Numbered from the whole stretch's first letter, positions 11,930 to 25,900 are shown. The stretch is 56,982 bases of DNA, filler included, from Sphacelaria rigidula (GCA_964200075.2; 5 parts of 5 records of this genome joined end to end with filler, not necessarily neighbours in it); one strand, 5' to 3'. Notes: a model not told the origin generated them from the letters alone. Numbers and translations: made by a program.

Positions 11930-14900
11930 TCACCTGGAGTCGTCGGTCTCTCCACTACCCCCCACCGCGCTGGACGAATCCCTCGTCACATCATGCGGCA
12001 CCGTGTGTTCAACACTTTGGTCACCTATTGTACTAATGGCGCCCACTTGAGGATCCTGCGACTTTGGCGACTTCTCTCCTCCCCCTCTCTTCTCACTTGC
12101 TTCTCCGCCGGAGCCATCCACGCGGACCATATTTTGGGTTCGCACCGACATCTCGGGTTGAATCTGTAACTCCTCCTGCTCCTTACGGTAAATATCCTCG
12201 TTGAGCGCTGTTTTATGCAGGATGGTTCCAGCAACAGCCTGAAAACCGTTTCCAGTGGCGGGTTGCCCATGCGCATTCGTTGCTGGTACAGGCCATGTTT
12301 CGACGGAGAGGGACGGAGATAGTGTTTGCGTTGACCACAAAAGCACGTCTTTGGCAATTACTCATGTATACATGCTACAGCAGCAGAAGATTGGTGGAGA
12401 AGAGGGTAAATAACGTGAATGTGGGAAATGAAGGCCAGGAAGGTGCGATGGCTGACATTGGTGGACGTGTTGTGTGTGGAAATTGAGCGCGTAGTTGGAC
12501 GTGATGTGCTCGTGGCAAGGTACATCCGCCGGTTATACTTCAACTTACTGGGAGATGTTCCTGCTGTTGATACTTCTGTGATACGGCGCGCAAAGAACAT
12601 TGCCCACCGCATGTCGATGAACGAGGACGGGAACATGGATGAACGACTGTAATTACAAAGGCTACTAGTGAGCACTACCACTTTAAGAAGAGATTCAAAA
12701 GTTGGGCAGTTTTTTTTCTCCTAGTTTTTGTCGAAGATGTACAGTACGGGAAAATCTCGACATGTTTCACCTCTGTTGTCCTCAGGGTCGACGGCGGAGG
12801 ATTCGAGTGTTGGAGCCATGTCGTCTGCGCGCTCCATTCCTGCTTCCTTGAACCTCCTTCTCATGATATTACATGCCAGAGAAAACACCAACTGGCGTCT
12901 GGCACAAACCATCTTGCGTTCAAGCTCCGCTACCTGAAATATGACAAGAACGCGTGAACTATCTGTGTAACGCAGGGCGTCGTCCTTATGCCCCACTCAC
13001 GTAACGTTCTCGAAAGTAAGTCAAACAAGATACACGATGTGAAAAAGCCCAGCAACACTTTTATCAGCTTAATACAAAAGTATAGCGCAAGTACCGATCG
13101 GCCGCGCGCTTACGTCTTACATGATACTTAGGCGCACCTCCTCTTCAAGGGCAGGTCGGGTAGGTTACACCCAGCACTCGGTATTTTCTAAATGTCATAC
13201 TCTTAGTGTCCAAAATTTGGGTAGAGTGTTTGATATCGTACACAATTTACCCAAACATTGGATCCCCAACATTTGGGTAGAGTACTTGAGGCCGTACCCA
13301 ATCTACCCAAAATTTTGATCTACCCAAAAATTTGGGTAGATTATTTAAGGCCATACCCAATCTACCCAAACGTTTGGCAGAGTGAATACCCGGGTACTTT
13401 GCCCGAGTATTCAAAAGTACATACCCTACCCGACCTGCCCTTGCTCCTGTTAGGCTGGTGGCTTCTTGGTGAAGGGAATAGTGTGCAGCACCGTTCATGT
13501 AGAGACTGCCATCTTAATGGAGTATCATGTCAATGGCGCAATCTACTACAAGACCTATATCCAAGAAAACATTGACACGGGTATGTCATCTGGAGGACTT
13601 CGTCACACCGTCACGTCCGATACTGGCAAAGATTCTCGTTCTACCTTTTTCCCATCACATTTTTCTCTGTAGGAGAAACGGGCTCTCGCGGGGGCAACAA
13701 ACTTGCCTCATTTTCCACGTCACCTCTGCACTCCTCAAGAGTCTCCTTCCCTCTGAGTAACATGGTCTCCCTGGCCCTTTTGTCGGATGGTTTCTTCGAA
13801 GCAACAGCAGGCCCGTGTTTTACTTGCATCTCCTTCAGCTGAAAAGATTTCTTCTTCATTTCCACATCAATACTATCGAGTCGCTCCTGAAGCTTCCGTT
13901 TTTGGCTTTCTATCTGTTGGCGTGGTGACGTAGGGAGAGCAAATGCGCCTCCGGACGAGGTACAGTAACAGGGAGGGCACCATGTTCTTGAAGCAGGAGA
14001 AGGGCTCTCTCTCTGGCGTTGTAGTTACTGGAGATGAGCGGTACACCCTACTCTAGCGCATGGATGGATGATGCGCAAATTGAACACCTTGCGCACAGTC
14101 ATCGCTCATTGTCCATGCCGTTAAACGGGCATCACTGAGCTACACCACGATAGTCGCTGAATGTGTTGACTGCCCCGCCACAATGGCTGCGGCAATGGAT
14201 TGATCGGAACCCAGCAAATTGTACCGTACACCGTAGCATGTTGCCGGCGAATGGGACGATCATCTCTGCCTGTCACCATCACACGCACTGTCTTGGAGAG
14301 TTGAGTTCGCATCGAAAGGGCAGCCGGTGGTGAACCTGGTGTGAAGCCGTGGTCAGAATAGCTCACGAGAAGTTACAGCACGACGAACACGACGAACCTG
14401 ATTGATGCGCGAGTCCATCTTGTCGTTTTCCTTTTCCGACTCGTGTTCTCTCTGGAACTTGAGCAGTTCGGCCTTCTCCAACCGTTCGCGCAAGCGCAAG
14501 TTGTCTTGCTCGAGCCGGTCGCACGAATCCAGCAACTCAACACCGTCAGGTGTATCACCTTCCCCTTCACTGTCCTCGCCGTCTTCCAACTCTTGAGGGT
14601 CACCTTGAGAGTCTGCAGGAGCCGCAGCCATGGCAGACACGCTCGTTCGGTTGTCTGGTTTCCGAGATTTTGATTCGGGGTTTACTGGGATCTTCTCTCC
14701 ACTTTCGTCTTTTGATGGGGTGCCCAATCGGGCGCTGATTTGAGCTCGAAGCTGCGGCGCGGGGAATATCGACGGACACAGTAGTCAATTTTCGTTGTGC
14801 GATTTTCCCTTTTCGATAACGTTTAGACTGGCGGCAGACCCTTGTTGATGCTCACGACCTCGTGCGAGAAAGCCTCAGTGGTCTACCCACCGTTATTATA

Positions 14901-17900
14901 AGGGGGATCCACCGCTGCGTCGCTGTATGAAAACGCTTATCGTATCGACTGTTACTTAGCCAAAACGTTCAGTGTCAAAGTTGTGCCTCCTTGAGCATCG
15001 GGAGGAAACGCTGTCTCTCACCGCGGCTACTTTGCGCTTCTCGGCGTACATGTGCATGGACATCATCGCCTGCTCCGTTTGCATCTTCTCCACGACCTGC
15101 ATGAGGTTCCCCACCCTGTCACGCGAAGCCTTCAGCATCGCCCCTTCAATTTCCGCCTACCGTGAGCGGAGTCGCGATCATTTTCCATATTCGAACGGTT
15201 GAAAAATGACAGGCAAGGTGGTGGGCCATTCCATCACGGCTCTATTTCCTGTGTTTCACGTCGTCGGAAACGTGTCTCAATGTAGAAGGCGCGGGGTGTG
15301 CTGCATGCCAACTCTTTACTGCAATTATATTGCTATGGCATGTCGACGTCCGGGCCGGTAGCACAAACACATGGGGATGGATCAATGAACTACACTGATC
15401 TACACTGATAGATGGCGACACGGTATGGTCGAGAGCGTGGCGCGCGAAATAACATTCTTCAAGCGGTGATACGTCTTCCTGCGGGTGTTTTTCACACGTT
15501 GCGCTACCTACGACGCGTGTCACGTCTTCCTTGCGCCACCACACTACCAAGCGCAGAGTCAGGTTCCTCCCTGTTGGCACCCGTGTCAGCTTGAAAGCTA
15601 TTAGTATCTTCAACCCACCACTATTTTTGTCCTGGCGGTACACGAATCACCTGATCTTTCGCCACTCCATCGGCCGTAAGATCGAGCAGATGCTGGCGTT
15701 GTTTTATCTTGCCTTCAAGCACAGTGACCTCCAGCTGCTTGTTGAACAAAAGTCGAGATTCCTCATGAGGATCACCAGACGTCGACGCTAGTATCTTGCG
15801 TTTATTGGCCTGTGGTGAATTACGGCGTGGGGATTTGCAAGGAGCAACGACTCACTGCCCACGCTAGACTCAAACGATCAACGAGCGTGGAACGCGTCTG
15901 CCCTGTAAACGAACCGCGTTTTCGTCAGCATCGGGCCACAAGGGTATTGTTTCTGTCGGAGTGACCGAATCATTGCTACCGGCTTTCTCATCCACCCTGT
16001 GTCAGGACACATCTTCTTGCTCACCTCACGCTCCAGTTTCATGTTAACTAGTATGCTCCCCCGGCGATCCTTGAGCAGCTGTGCCAGATACTCCAGTCGT
16101 GAGACAGTGTGAACTTTGACCTTGGTCAGACCCGCCAGGGCTGATTCTGTTTTCTCCTGTTCTTCGCTCCATCGCTCGGCACATTCCTTGGCACACAGAA
16201 GTGCGCATCGGTGAAGGCAAAACGACAGAGGAGTTGGCGATTAACTGCGTGTCAGCAGCATGCTCTTTGGGTAATCTACATACAACGTGTACACCGACCG
16301 ATTTTGTAACACACTGCTAAATGGAGAGATGGAGAGAGAATTGTTGTCGCCGGTAGCAATGGCTGAGCAAATTACGCGAATGTGGCGCGTGGTGTACATA
16401 CGGTAGAGAGCTCATCCATTTCGCAAGTGGCAGTTCGTGATAGTTGTTTTGGTTCTACTTATAGTGAAAATAGGTGGAGACAATATATCGACGAAGACGA
16501 AGCACACTTGTGATAAGACTCCTTAGGTGTCATTTGAATGCCACTCGAACGTCCGTTGGAAGGCTTCATTGGCACAGATCGGCGAGGAGATATAGCCTGA
16601 CCGACCTATATTATATGCCTGCATATACCTTAGACAGCCCATCCAGTCGCTTGAACAGGTTTCCCTCGGTCGCCTTTGTGAACGAGATCACACACTCCTC
16701 CAGTTCCTGCCTTTCATTGGCCCCATTCTCGTCACACGTAGCCAGCAGAGCATCCACCACTTTGAGGATTTCCTGGGGGAGTCAGTCGTTGCCACGAAGA
16801 ATTATCTCGTGCTCCCGTTCGCGAGCGCAAAAACACAATATTCGTTGCCCGATTGCTTGTCTAACAAACAACCACGGTGAGCGTACGCACCGCGAGATGC
16901 CCATGGGCCAATTGGACGAAGTACACAACACTGAAAAATAATCTCATCCAAACAGACTATGATGTGGATACTTCATCTCCAAAACAAGTATATCGATTGC
17001 ACTTCACGCAGTGTGGCAAGTTACCACCCAAGGTCTGTTTTTGGCACTGTACCCAGGGGGTGGAACGTGAGTACAACTCTGCAACGTATTTCACATGACC
17101 GACATTAGGTGTTTCTTCTTCACGTATTCATGTTCTTGAACCGGTTCATTAGCGTTAGACTCGTGCCCGGTTCAGAGATGGCCATCCGAGATTCCCGTCC
17201 ACTTCAAAGATGGTCCATGTGAACATTTTGCCCTGCTCAGATGTGGGCCTGTTAGACGTTCATTTTTGCCTTCCGGTTCGCAGATGGTCACGTGAAACGT
17301 GCATTTATTTGAAACACGAACGCGTGAGACTTTGACACAGCCGGCCGAATATGCACACGTCGTGTGATCACGCGTGTTTCCGTGCTGACCGGGTCGGCCA
17401 TTTTCGAGTTTCAAAGTATTGAAACATCGCGCAACAACGACAGCCTTTGTTTCGGATCGTTTTGGCCAAGCACCTACTCCAATGGTATTTCCCTTGGGTT
17501 TGGTCACGCTACGAGTTGAGCCAGCCTAGAAGCTCACATTTTCATTTTCGTACCACACGATTACTTTTTCAGTTTCCCGGATAACTGCATGAAAGTATAT
17601 TGCTGTGAAGTGCAGATCAACCTGTTGATGCACCCTCTGCCGTAAAAGCAAAATGTGTAATATAGCATAACATAAGACCTCAACGACGAAGCCCGATTCT
17701 GCAAAAACAAAATGTATCCGTCGGGATTCGAACTCATAACCTGCTACCCCTGCGGAAGTCTCTCAACAGCTAGAAAACGGGGTGCAACGATGGCACACAG
17801 AAAGTTAAATGCACCGGCCAATTTGAGAATTTTTGAGCTGGAACGTTTACGTACATTCCACACGTCAGTACTCGACGCCGTACTGCTTTAGCCAAAAATA

Positions 17901-20070
17901 TGTATTTACATCTTTGTTGATTTATGACATCTTCGATTTTTTCTTGATTATATAAACCTTGTGTCGAAGTGCCAGCTTCCAACTCTTAATAACGGACCGT
18001 GCAAAGCTGGTCAAGCGCCCAAATATTCTTCAAGCTAACCCGGCTCGTACCCCGTTCAAATGACTCGACCGCACTGCAAATCACACGTATTATGTTTCCT
18101 ATCCAATGTCGTTGTCGCAAAGACAGTCGCACCGTGCGTTTTGGGTGGATTCCAGAGCATACTATATTACCCACGTCACAGCTCCATCCTATGCACCTTC
18201 CTCCTAATAGCTGAAGCACGCCTGACAAAAAGCGAACACGTGAAAAGAGTAACCTAGTCAACCAGTCAAAAACGGGGTAGTAGCCGTAAAAGTAGATGCA
18301 ATAATGGGTGGTCTATCTATTCAGCGGGGTTTTGAGGTTTTTCTCGCGTACTACTCTTCGATATCTTTCGAAATTGCTAGCGTCGGTAGATTTTGGTACA
18401 ATAAACAGATCATCCTCAAAACAAAGTGCCAAAGCCAGTGCTAGTTGGTGTTATCGGTCGGAACGAGTAATGCCCCGTTCATCAGGAGGGTGTTATTGAC
18501 CGTGAAACACAGTTTTTCGGCTCTAGAGCAATGAATGGGCAGAATTTCAAAAACATAAAACTGGACATTTTTTTTACAAATATGATCGGGGCAGGCTCGA
18601 TCGGCCGAAAATATCGAAAAGTAAGGATACGGGCTGAAACGTCGCAGGATCCCCGATGACCGGTCAGCCCGTTAGTCACTCAATTTTGATTACAGATTAT
18701 TTCATTTTCCTGAAATGTGGAGCGGATACAAATATCTTCAGATCCTCGATGTGATAAGTAGTGGCAAGCGAAAGAGCCCAAGAAAATCGCCAATTACGAA
18801 GAAATCACAAAATGCCTGAAAATGAATAGTTAGACCGCCCACTACTGTACTCAATTAGTAGTGTTTCAATTAGTAGTGTTTCTCTTGGATTTTCCAACGC
18901 CAATATCCGAATCAGCTAATTGACCGAGGCCACAACTCCACGTAATTGAACAAACTCACCGGCGAACTCCCCCTTGGACTCGATGTATATCTTCAAAATT
19001 TTGAAAGGATGTTATGCTATATTAATACGCAAAGCACGTACACGTGAACGTAGCATTACTCGTGCACAAGCTTCTCCCTCGTGATCGGCACATTTCACTC
19101 GGAACCCGATCATTTTCTGCGTACTTTCAAGGCTTGTGTTTTACACATGTTATCGCCATGCACACGGGGATAAGAACAAGTTCACCAGGTTTTACCCGTA
19201 TCGATAGCTTTTCACGTGTCCGCAATATTACTACGCGTGCGCTTTTCACGCGCTCATGTTCCCGAACCTTACATAAATCGTAACGCATCTTCATTTTTCC
19301 CGTCCGGTGAAAATATGGCTGTGCGAGAATTTTGATCAACTCGACGATATCATGTGGGTTCTTTTACAACTGATGGCTGGTTCAAGACAGTTGTGTGAGA
19401 ACTATGCCCGGTTCAAAGATGGGCACATGCATGAGATTTTCAGCTCCATTGCCATCCGATTCAAGGATGGTCACGGGAGATTTCCGCTCTACAATTTGTT
19501 GTAAATCTATCTGATGTGATGGTTGTGTGAGAGCTTGCCCAGCACGTGATGAGCCCCGAAATAATGCATAACACCCCATCTTCTATTCTTGAGCGCATAC
19601 TTGGGGAGGCTTGAGAGGTTCCTCTAGCTCCAAGTTATTATGCTTCTAGTCAGACCACTGAAACTGGCTTGGTTGAATCGTCGAGAGTATGCTGCTGGGC
19701 TCTCGGCAAGGGTGTACACTGACGGTTGGGGGAGATGAGTACGATTTGACCGCGGATTCGGAGGATCAAGCTGACACGTACGATGAATAAATAGTGAGGC
19801 GCCTGGGATTGGAGTGGCCCGGAGCGCCTTAGAATGGTGTTGGAAGAGATTATCTCACCCAACGAAATGCCAATTTACTACCTGGGATCCCATTCGGCTG
19901 CTTGCGGGGGCATTTATCCATGCTCCCTATTTCACAGTGGTTTTTTGTCAACGAGTGTAACAATTTTCTTCAAGGTCATCAAGTAGAAGGGGAACCTCTC
20001 CGAGGAACTGTAATGAACCCTGGTCCATTCCTCTACTCTTACTCCTCAATCTCATCCTGTAGGGATCTGG

Positions 20071-20101
<31 letters not shown>

Positions 20102-20435
20102 ACGAGAGACATGCCACGTTTACCTGTTTGTTCGATCGGGTTGGCGCGATTTCGCCCTCAAACTCCTCAACCAGGGACTCATCATCTAGCCTCCAGTCTC
20201 CGAACATCGCAGCACGCGCTCTTCCACCCTTGCCGCCAGAAGAATTGCCAGCTACGCCCTCGTCCCCATCTACCCCAAACCATAGTGAGCTCACACCCCG
20301 AAGATGGTCGAATGTATGCTCCAGCTGCTTGGTGCCTTTAGCTAACTCGGTGTACTCGAAGACTTCGAACTTCGTCCCTTCCCTCGGTGACTCCATTCCA
20401 TCGTCCTCTGATCCACTTATTGAACTGTTCATCAT
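11930..20435 (-). CDS. Spliced gene, coiled-coil protein of unknown function (~637 aa); exons 20124-20435, 16629-16772, 16025-16186, 15651-15734, 15022-15156, 14398-14751, 13707-13913, 12771-12933, 11930-12282
   Basis: Start context is acaccATG at 20435. Every junction has an AG acceptor and a GT donor, except one AG|GCAAGT donor at 13706. Phases are compatible, giving 1914 nt with no internal stop. Helices read through junctions (RKVAA|LRAQISARL, SRINQ|IESQKRKLQERL, DVENE|VAELERKM). The 3' end and possible extra exons (e.g. 12549-12646) are less certain. Confidence 0.75.
13146..13443. mobile_element. hAT-type MITE (298 bp) in an intron
   Basis: Perfect 19-bp TIR caagggcaggtcgggtagg. 8-bp TSD ctcctctt/ctcctgtt (7/8). 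Internal tacccaaa/tttgggta repeats. Confidence 0.88.
17690..17770 (-). mobile_element. Degenerate tRNA-derived SINE head
   Basis: Minus strand has B-box gagttcgaatccc followed by T-rich sequence. No intact cloverleaf is visible. Confidence 0.35.
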
Positions 20436-21866
20436 GGTGTCGTATAGGTTCTGTTCGGGAGCCACAGAGTTGCTGTGCCGCTATTGGTAGCCGGTGATGA
20501 TACTCAAGTATCGAAGAGGCTGTCAATCATCAACCGCAAGAAGTTTGTTCGGTTTTGGGTGATGAATATAATAGCATCTCCTGCACGACGAGGTGAAATA
20601 AGGTGTCATGGCCGCAGTCATGGAACGTGCATAAACTACGCGAACCCGCATGTTACCTCTGTATTGATTTGTGCATGTGGGGTACACATGCTGCACGAAC
20701 CCCACAGCCACGATTGTATCGAGCAACACCAGCAGCTTTTCAGTTCGAGCATCTGCTGCAGATGGTGGGTGGAGCCTGATCGGTGCGCTTTATATCCTGG
20801 GAAAGCGTGTACAGTACTCGTGGACCACAAGAGGGCGATGGTGAATGCTCTGGTGTGATGAAGGTGAAAGCTGTTCCGAAATCGTGACAGCTCTGATTAT
20901 TGCTATTGCGTCGATCGACTCGGTCACGGCTGCTGTTCGCCGACCAATTAGATGACGTGAGCCACTCCCGTACTCCTAGTTCAAACCTAACGGTCTCAGA
21001 TTAGAAAGAACCCGCCAACATGCACTTAGGCTTGTTTTACCGATGGCGCAGGCATGAACTCCATCCGCGCATATATATCCGAGACACATGAACAACAAAA
21101 ACAAAGCACAGTACAACAGTTACTGCCTATGGATGCATGCCACGCCGGTTTTCCCCGTTATCCAAACCGACAGCATATTAGTGTCGGAAAGATCCACTCT
21201 CAGTTTGAGACTCCACAGCGTAGTGCAGTGTACCCGACCGGGACTGATACTGTGGACGCCGTGGACAAAGCAGCAATATTAGTATCAGCTAACATTGCTT
21301 CGTTGAGATAGACAACAGATTCAATTCTGTACGCATCACCCTTTTTGGGAATGTAATATTTTGTCTAGGGTGTGATATGATATTCCAGATATTCTGTGCG
21401 TGTTTGCCCGGGAATCTTTGCGAAACGGAGTTGTTGGTACCCTACGAGGAGCAAAATTTAGATTCCAACATTTGATTACTAGACGGGTTCAACCATCGTT
21501 CTTTCTCGAATTCGAATTTCAAGTGATTATCATCACTCCTGACAGTCTCGTGAAGACTAGATATGTTCAACCATCGCATTTTTCGAATTTGAATTGTTGA
21601 ATTGTTCTATTTTCCAGTCATCATCTCTTGGACACTCCTGACAGTCTTGCCAAGGCAGTCTACATCTTTCAACCCATTTCAAGTGCCTTCTTCAGACTGT
21701 CGCCGCATCTTCTCCACAACGAACATCGCAACCACGCGAAACCCAAGTTCAGCACGAGCTATAGTGGTGCATCTACGTATATCTACGCTGAAGGTCTAAG
21801 CTACTGTCTGTACTGTCGCTCCCGCAGACATCGAAGTAGACAGTACAGTGGACAACGCTATCCAAC

Positions 21867-22267
21867 ATGACGGCTGCGCGGTCATACTTCCCGAGTCACG
21901 TAGTCGCCGTAGTCATGGTCGCGCTTAGGCTCGTACACCCCGCCAATTCCTTCTCGTTCGTTTTGCCGCACTGCGGTGGCGCGGCATTATTAACAACAGC
22001 GGAGCGGTCGGGATGCTATGTCCCCCTCACAACACGACAACGGCGGAATGGAAGTCACAGTCACACTGACGGCGGGAGGGTCGCCGCTTCAAGTGCTGTC
22101 AGGAGGAGGCCAAGTATGGGCGTGTCGAGCGTAGCCATTGAAACCGTGGCGAAGGGACTACTGAACTTGGTCCTCGCGAATCCGCAACAGGCAACGGTAG
22201 ATTGCCGAGTCAGCAGCTCTGCGCTGGAGCTTGTGCGAGGGAATTTGGAGGAGGCTGCAGTGGACGG
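21867..22267 (+). CDS. First exon of a plastid-targeted protein, possibly DUF2993/LmeA-like
   Basis: Hydrophobic signal peptide (VVAVVMVALRLVHP), an ANS-FSF cleavage site resembling the ASA-FAP bipartite motif, and an S/R-rich transit region. These are followed by IETVAKGLLNLVL...VDCRVSSSALELVRGNLEEAAVDG. Donor gg|gtgaga. The contig ends soon after. Confidence 0.7.
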
Positions 22268-22734
22268 GTGAGAGAATGTTAGTGACCCGCCAAAATGTGT
22301 CACTCACCACAGTAACGACGAAGTAAATTCAGCGGTCCCTGTCTTTCTTCAATGTGTAGAGTCGCCGCGACCGGTGGGCCTGCCTGCTGTGTTGCCTCTT
22401 CATTGTAGGAGAGAATGGCGACGATTGTCAGCGAATTGGACCAGGGTCCAATAGCCTTCGTTAGGGTAGGTATCGTCGGTGAAAAGCTAGAGCGAAACGT
22501 GTTTGTGTTCCGACATTATTTACACGTTGTAGTAGTATGGAAGACTCGACCCAGTTACGAACGGACTTCGCCACACCGTACAGGCTGGGCCGCCCAAGAA
22601 GCTCACTTCCCTCCAGCCCGTTCTAACTGACGATGTATCGCGAGTTGTGCCCACTATGACATCGTGTAATCGGCAAATCAGCGTGCGTCTTCAAATCCAT
22701 GTAGCACTGAGATCCGACAAGGTCTCATGAAACG

Positions 22735-22834
22735 NNNNNNNNNNNNNNNNNNNNNNNNNNNNNNNNNNNNNNNNNNNNTTAATTAATTAANNNNNNNNNN
22801 NNNNNNNNNNNNNNNNNNNNNNNNNNNNNNNNNN
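22735..22834. other. Artificial contig spacer
   Basis: Same 44N-TTAATTAATTAA-44N structure. Confidence 0.97.
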
Positions 22835-22944
22835 GTAGGGATGCGAGGTCAATGGTCTTATGACTATGGCATGCATGATCATGAGTACACCCCCCCCCCT
22901 CCCGACGAAAGCATATATATGAACTTCAATGCCCATCCCCTCAC

Positions 22945-25900
22945 CGCGGAAGCCACACGCTCGCGCCTGATCTTGCCAACACCCTTGCTTTCCGTGCCGT
23001 CACCCGCTCCACTCATGGGCGCGAAATGCCTTCGTATTATTCCATTTTCCCGGAAATCGCTGCCACTACTCAGCCTCCTTTCAACAGCGGCGCCGCCGCC
23101 AGAATCAATGAGACAGGTAGCTCGCCCACCACCGAAGTTCTGGGGTGACTCGTCGTGGGATGAAGGGCAGCGAGGGGGACACGCGAAGCACCATTGCGCG
23201 GTCCTAGGTGGCGGTCCAGCAGGGTTAGCATCTGTGAAATTAGGGGGTGCGAGGGGGGGGGAGAGGGGACGTGTGAGCTATTAGTAGATGTTTGCCTGTG
23301 GACGAACGTGTTAAAAGATATGCTTGAAAAATTGAATACGTGGCCCTCATTCCATTTTGAAAATTCCTCACTTTTTTGCTGCTGCCTCTAGATCACACAA
23401 CCTGATCCCATCTATGAATCTGGATAAACACCTGACTTCATCTACGACCTCGTTCCGACCCCATCTTCAGTCTGCTACTCGTGAAGTATTCTAAATGCGT
23501 TTAGGGTAGGGTCGGGCAGGGCTGGGCAGGGCAGGGTATAACATAGGGTATCCTAGGGTATCGATACCACTGGATACCCTGAAATACTGTGGATTCGTTT
23601 GTCTACACCCTGGGCACCCTGCAATACTGAGACTATTTCGACCGTTGAAACGTTGATACATTGACTACCCTGAAGAACTGAGCGGTTCGGCCGTCAACAC
23701 AATATCCTGGTGACCGAGAATAGCCAGTACTCGTACCGAGACTCCGGGTACCCGATCAGAGTTTTCAAGGTGCGCGTACCCGAGGTACCCCGATTTACTC
23801 GGTATTATCAGTAGTCGATACCTTGGGTACCCCCGAGTACTTGGTACTCATACCCAACGTGTTCTACTTGCCTTTAGTACTCCGGGTGCCCGGATCAGGT
23901 ATTTCAGGGGCAATTACCCGAGGTACCTTGACGCACGCAGTCCATTCGGCCCTCTATACCCTGCATCCTTCGAATACTGGCTATTTTCGGGGAGCGGCAC
24001 CTCGAGTATCCGGAATAAATTTCACTTGTAGTCCGCATTCCGGGAAATAGACCGGGTAATCAGGGCTTCCGGCAGTCAATATCCTGCCTACCATGGAGCA
24101 CTGCGTACCCCGAATACTCTGAGCTATCCAGGGTAGCTCAGGGAACATTGCTTGCCCACAGCATCTTTGATCCCAACGTAATCTAGTGGCAAGCTTCACA
24201 TTTCAAAGTTCAACCTATCTATCCAGTACGGGTTATCGTCTACAGTACAGTAGCGGCCCCGATTTTATGCCAACTATTTTATGCCAAATGGATTGTATGC
24301 TGTTTTTTTCCAGGGAACACATTATTTTTTCTCTTTTATGCCGCTTTCGTACTGTCTTCCCATAAACGGCAAGTAATAAAAAATTATGCCGAATCGACAT
24401 ATTATCGGACCTCTTTTATGCCGACGCGGGATATTTCCGGGTCATTTTTGTGCCCAGAGATCAGCTTGACGTACGAGCTTGCCGCGAGTGAAGCACGCAC
24501 TCAGCAGCACTCGAAGTTGTAAGTCATACCATTTGCAGCAGGACAACGCTGGAAGGCGCTAGAGCTAACGCCAGCCCCCCCTCACTACATTCAACAGAAG
24601 TGCCGCAAGTGTGGCAAGTACGTCCATGGCATGTGTGGCGTGCAAAACCCGGAGAGCAGCAACGAGTGCCACCGTCTCTGTTGCCGGGAGTGCCTACCTG
24701 CGGCACAGCAACCCGGAGGGCACAGTAGCAGTCTGCTACTGTCGACGGTAAATTTATTTCCTTCAGCAGTAATACAACTCTTGAGACAGAGGCCATCTAC
24801 CCCAAAGCCCATCTGCATCCAAACTTTACTCAAAACAACGTGGATTCACGGCCAAAGGGTGTCACATAGTGCATAATTGTGCTTTGTGTGCTAGTCCGAT
24901 TTTATGCTGAACCGGTATAAAGGTGCCCTCCGGTTATATGCCGAAACGGCATAATAAACGACTTTATGCCATTTCAATTTTATGCCGTTTTTCCGGAGGG
25001 ACACTACCCGGCATAAAATCGGGGCCACTACTGTTGTTAACTTCTGAAATAGGACATTTTCGTATTTTTTCGTCGTCGGGGATACTCGAAAGTGTTCGCG
25101 CGTGCCACCGCTTATCCCGGTAAACGTTTGATGCCAACTTTGGGGATCGTGAGATACTAGGGAGATACTAGGCATCCCCTCCACATCTCGAAGTAAGACC
25201 ACATCTGCGCTCATTATTGAACAACTGAAGGGCTGACCGGTTTTCGGGGGGTCCTGAGACTACCCAGCCCCAGGTTCTGAACCTGGAGTACCTCTACTCG
25301 ATTGAAGCAATCCCAATCGTTTTCTTGAACCAATGGAAATGATTGCTTTATTTTGTCTTTTACCTATGTATTGCGCTCGAGCCGAAAAATGTGCTTTTTG
25401 GACGAGTTACGGTCAATAACACCCCCTGATGAACAAGGTACTCACTCCGCATCACCCCGACAACATAAATTGAGCATTGTGTTCTGTGCACGACCTGCTT
25501 CTCTTCCCAATATTTATCGATGCTGGGATTTGTGAGCGCCAAGAACGAATACTACACGAGAAACTTCAGAAAAAGTATTCAGAGAAGAAAATTGCCCAAC
25601 CAAGCTCTGCATAGCACAGGCGGGGGTGGACCAATTCCGATCACTCTCATGAATGATTTTACGGATCCTTCTTTTATTTTTCACCTATGAATTGCGCTAG
25701 AGCCGAAAAGAAATGTGTTTTGGACCAAAAAAGGTCAATAACACCCCCTGTCGATTCAGCTCGGGAGTTGTTCAATATTGAGCACAGAGACGATTTTTGT
25801 GTCAGAATATGGAGTGGATGCCTAGTATCTCCCGATTCCCAAACGTTGGGATCAGCAGCTTGCTGGGATGAGCGGTCGAACGCGAAAAAATATCGAAAAC

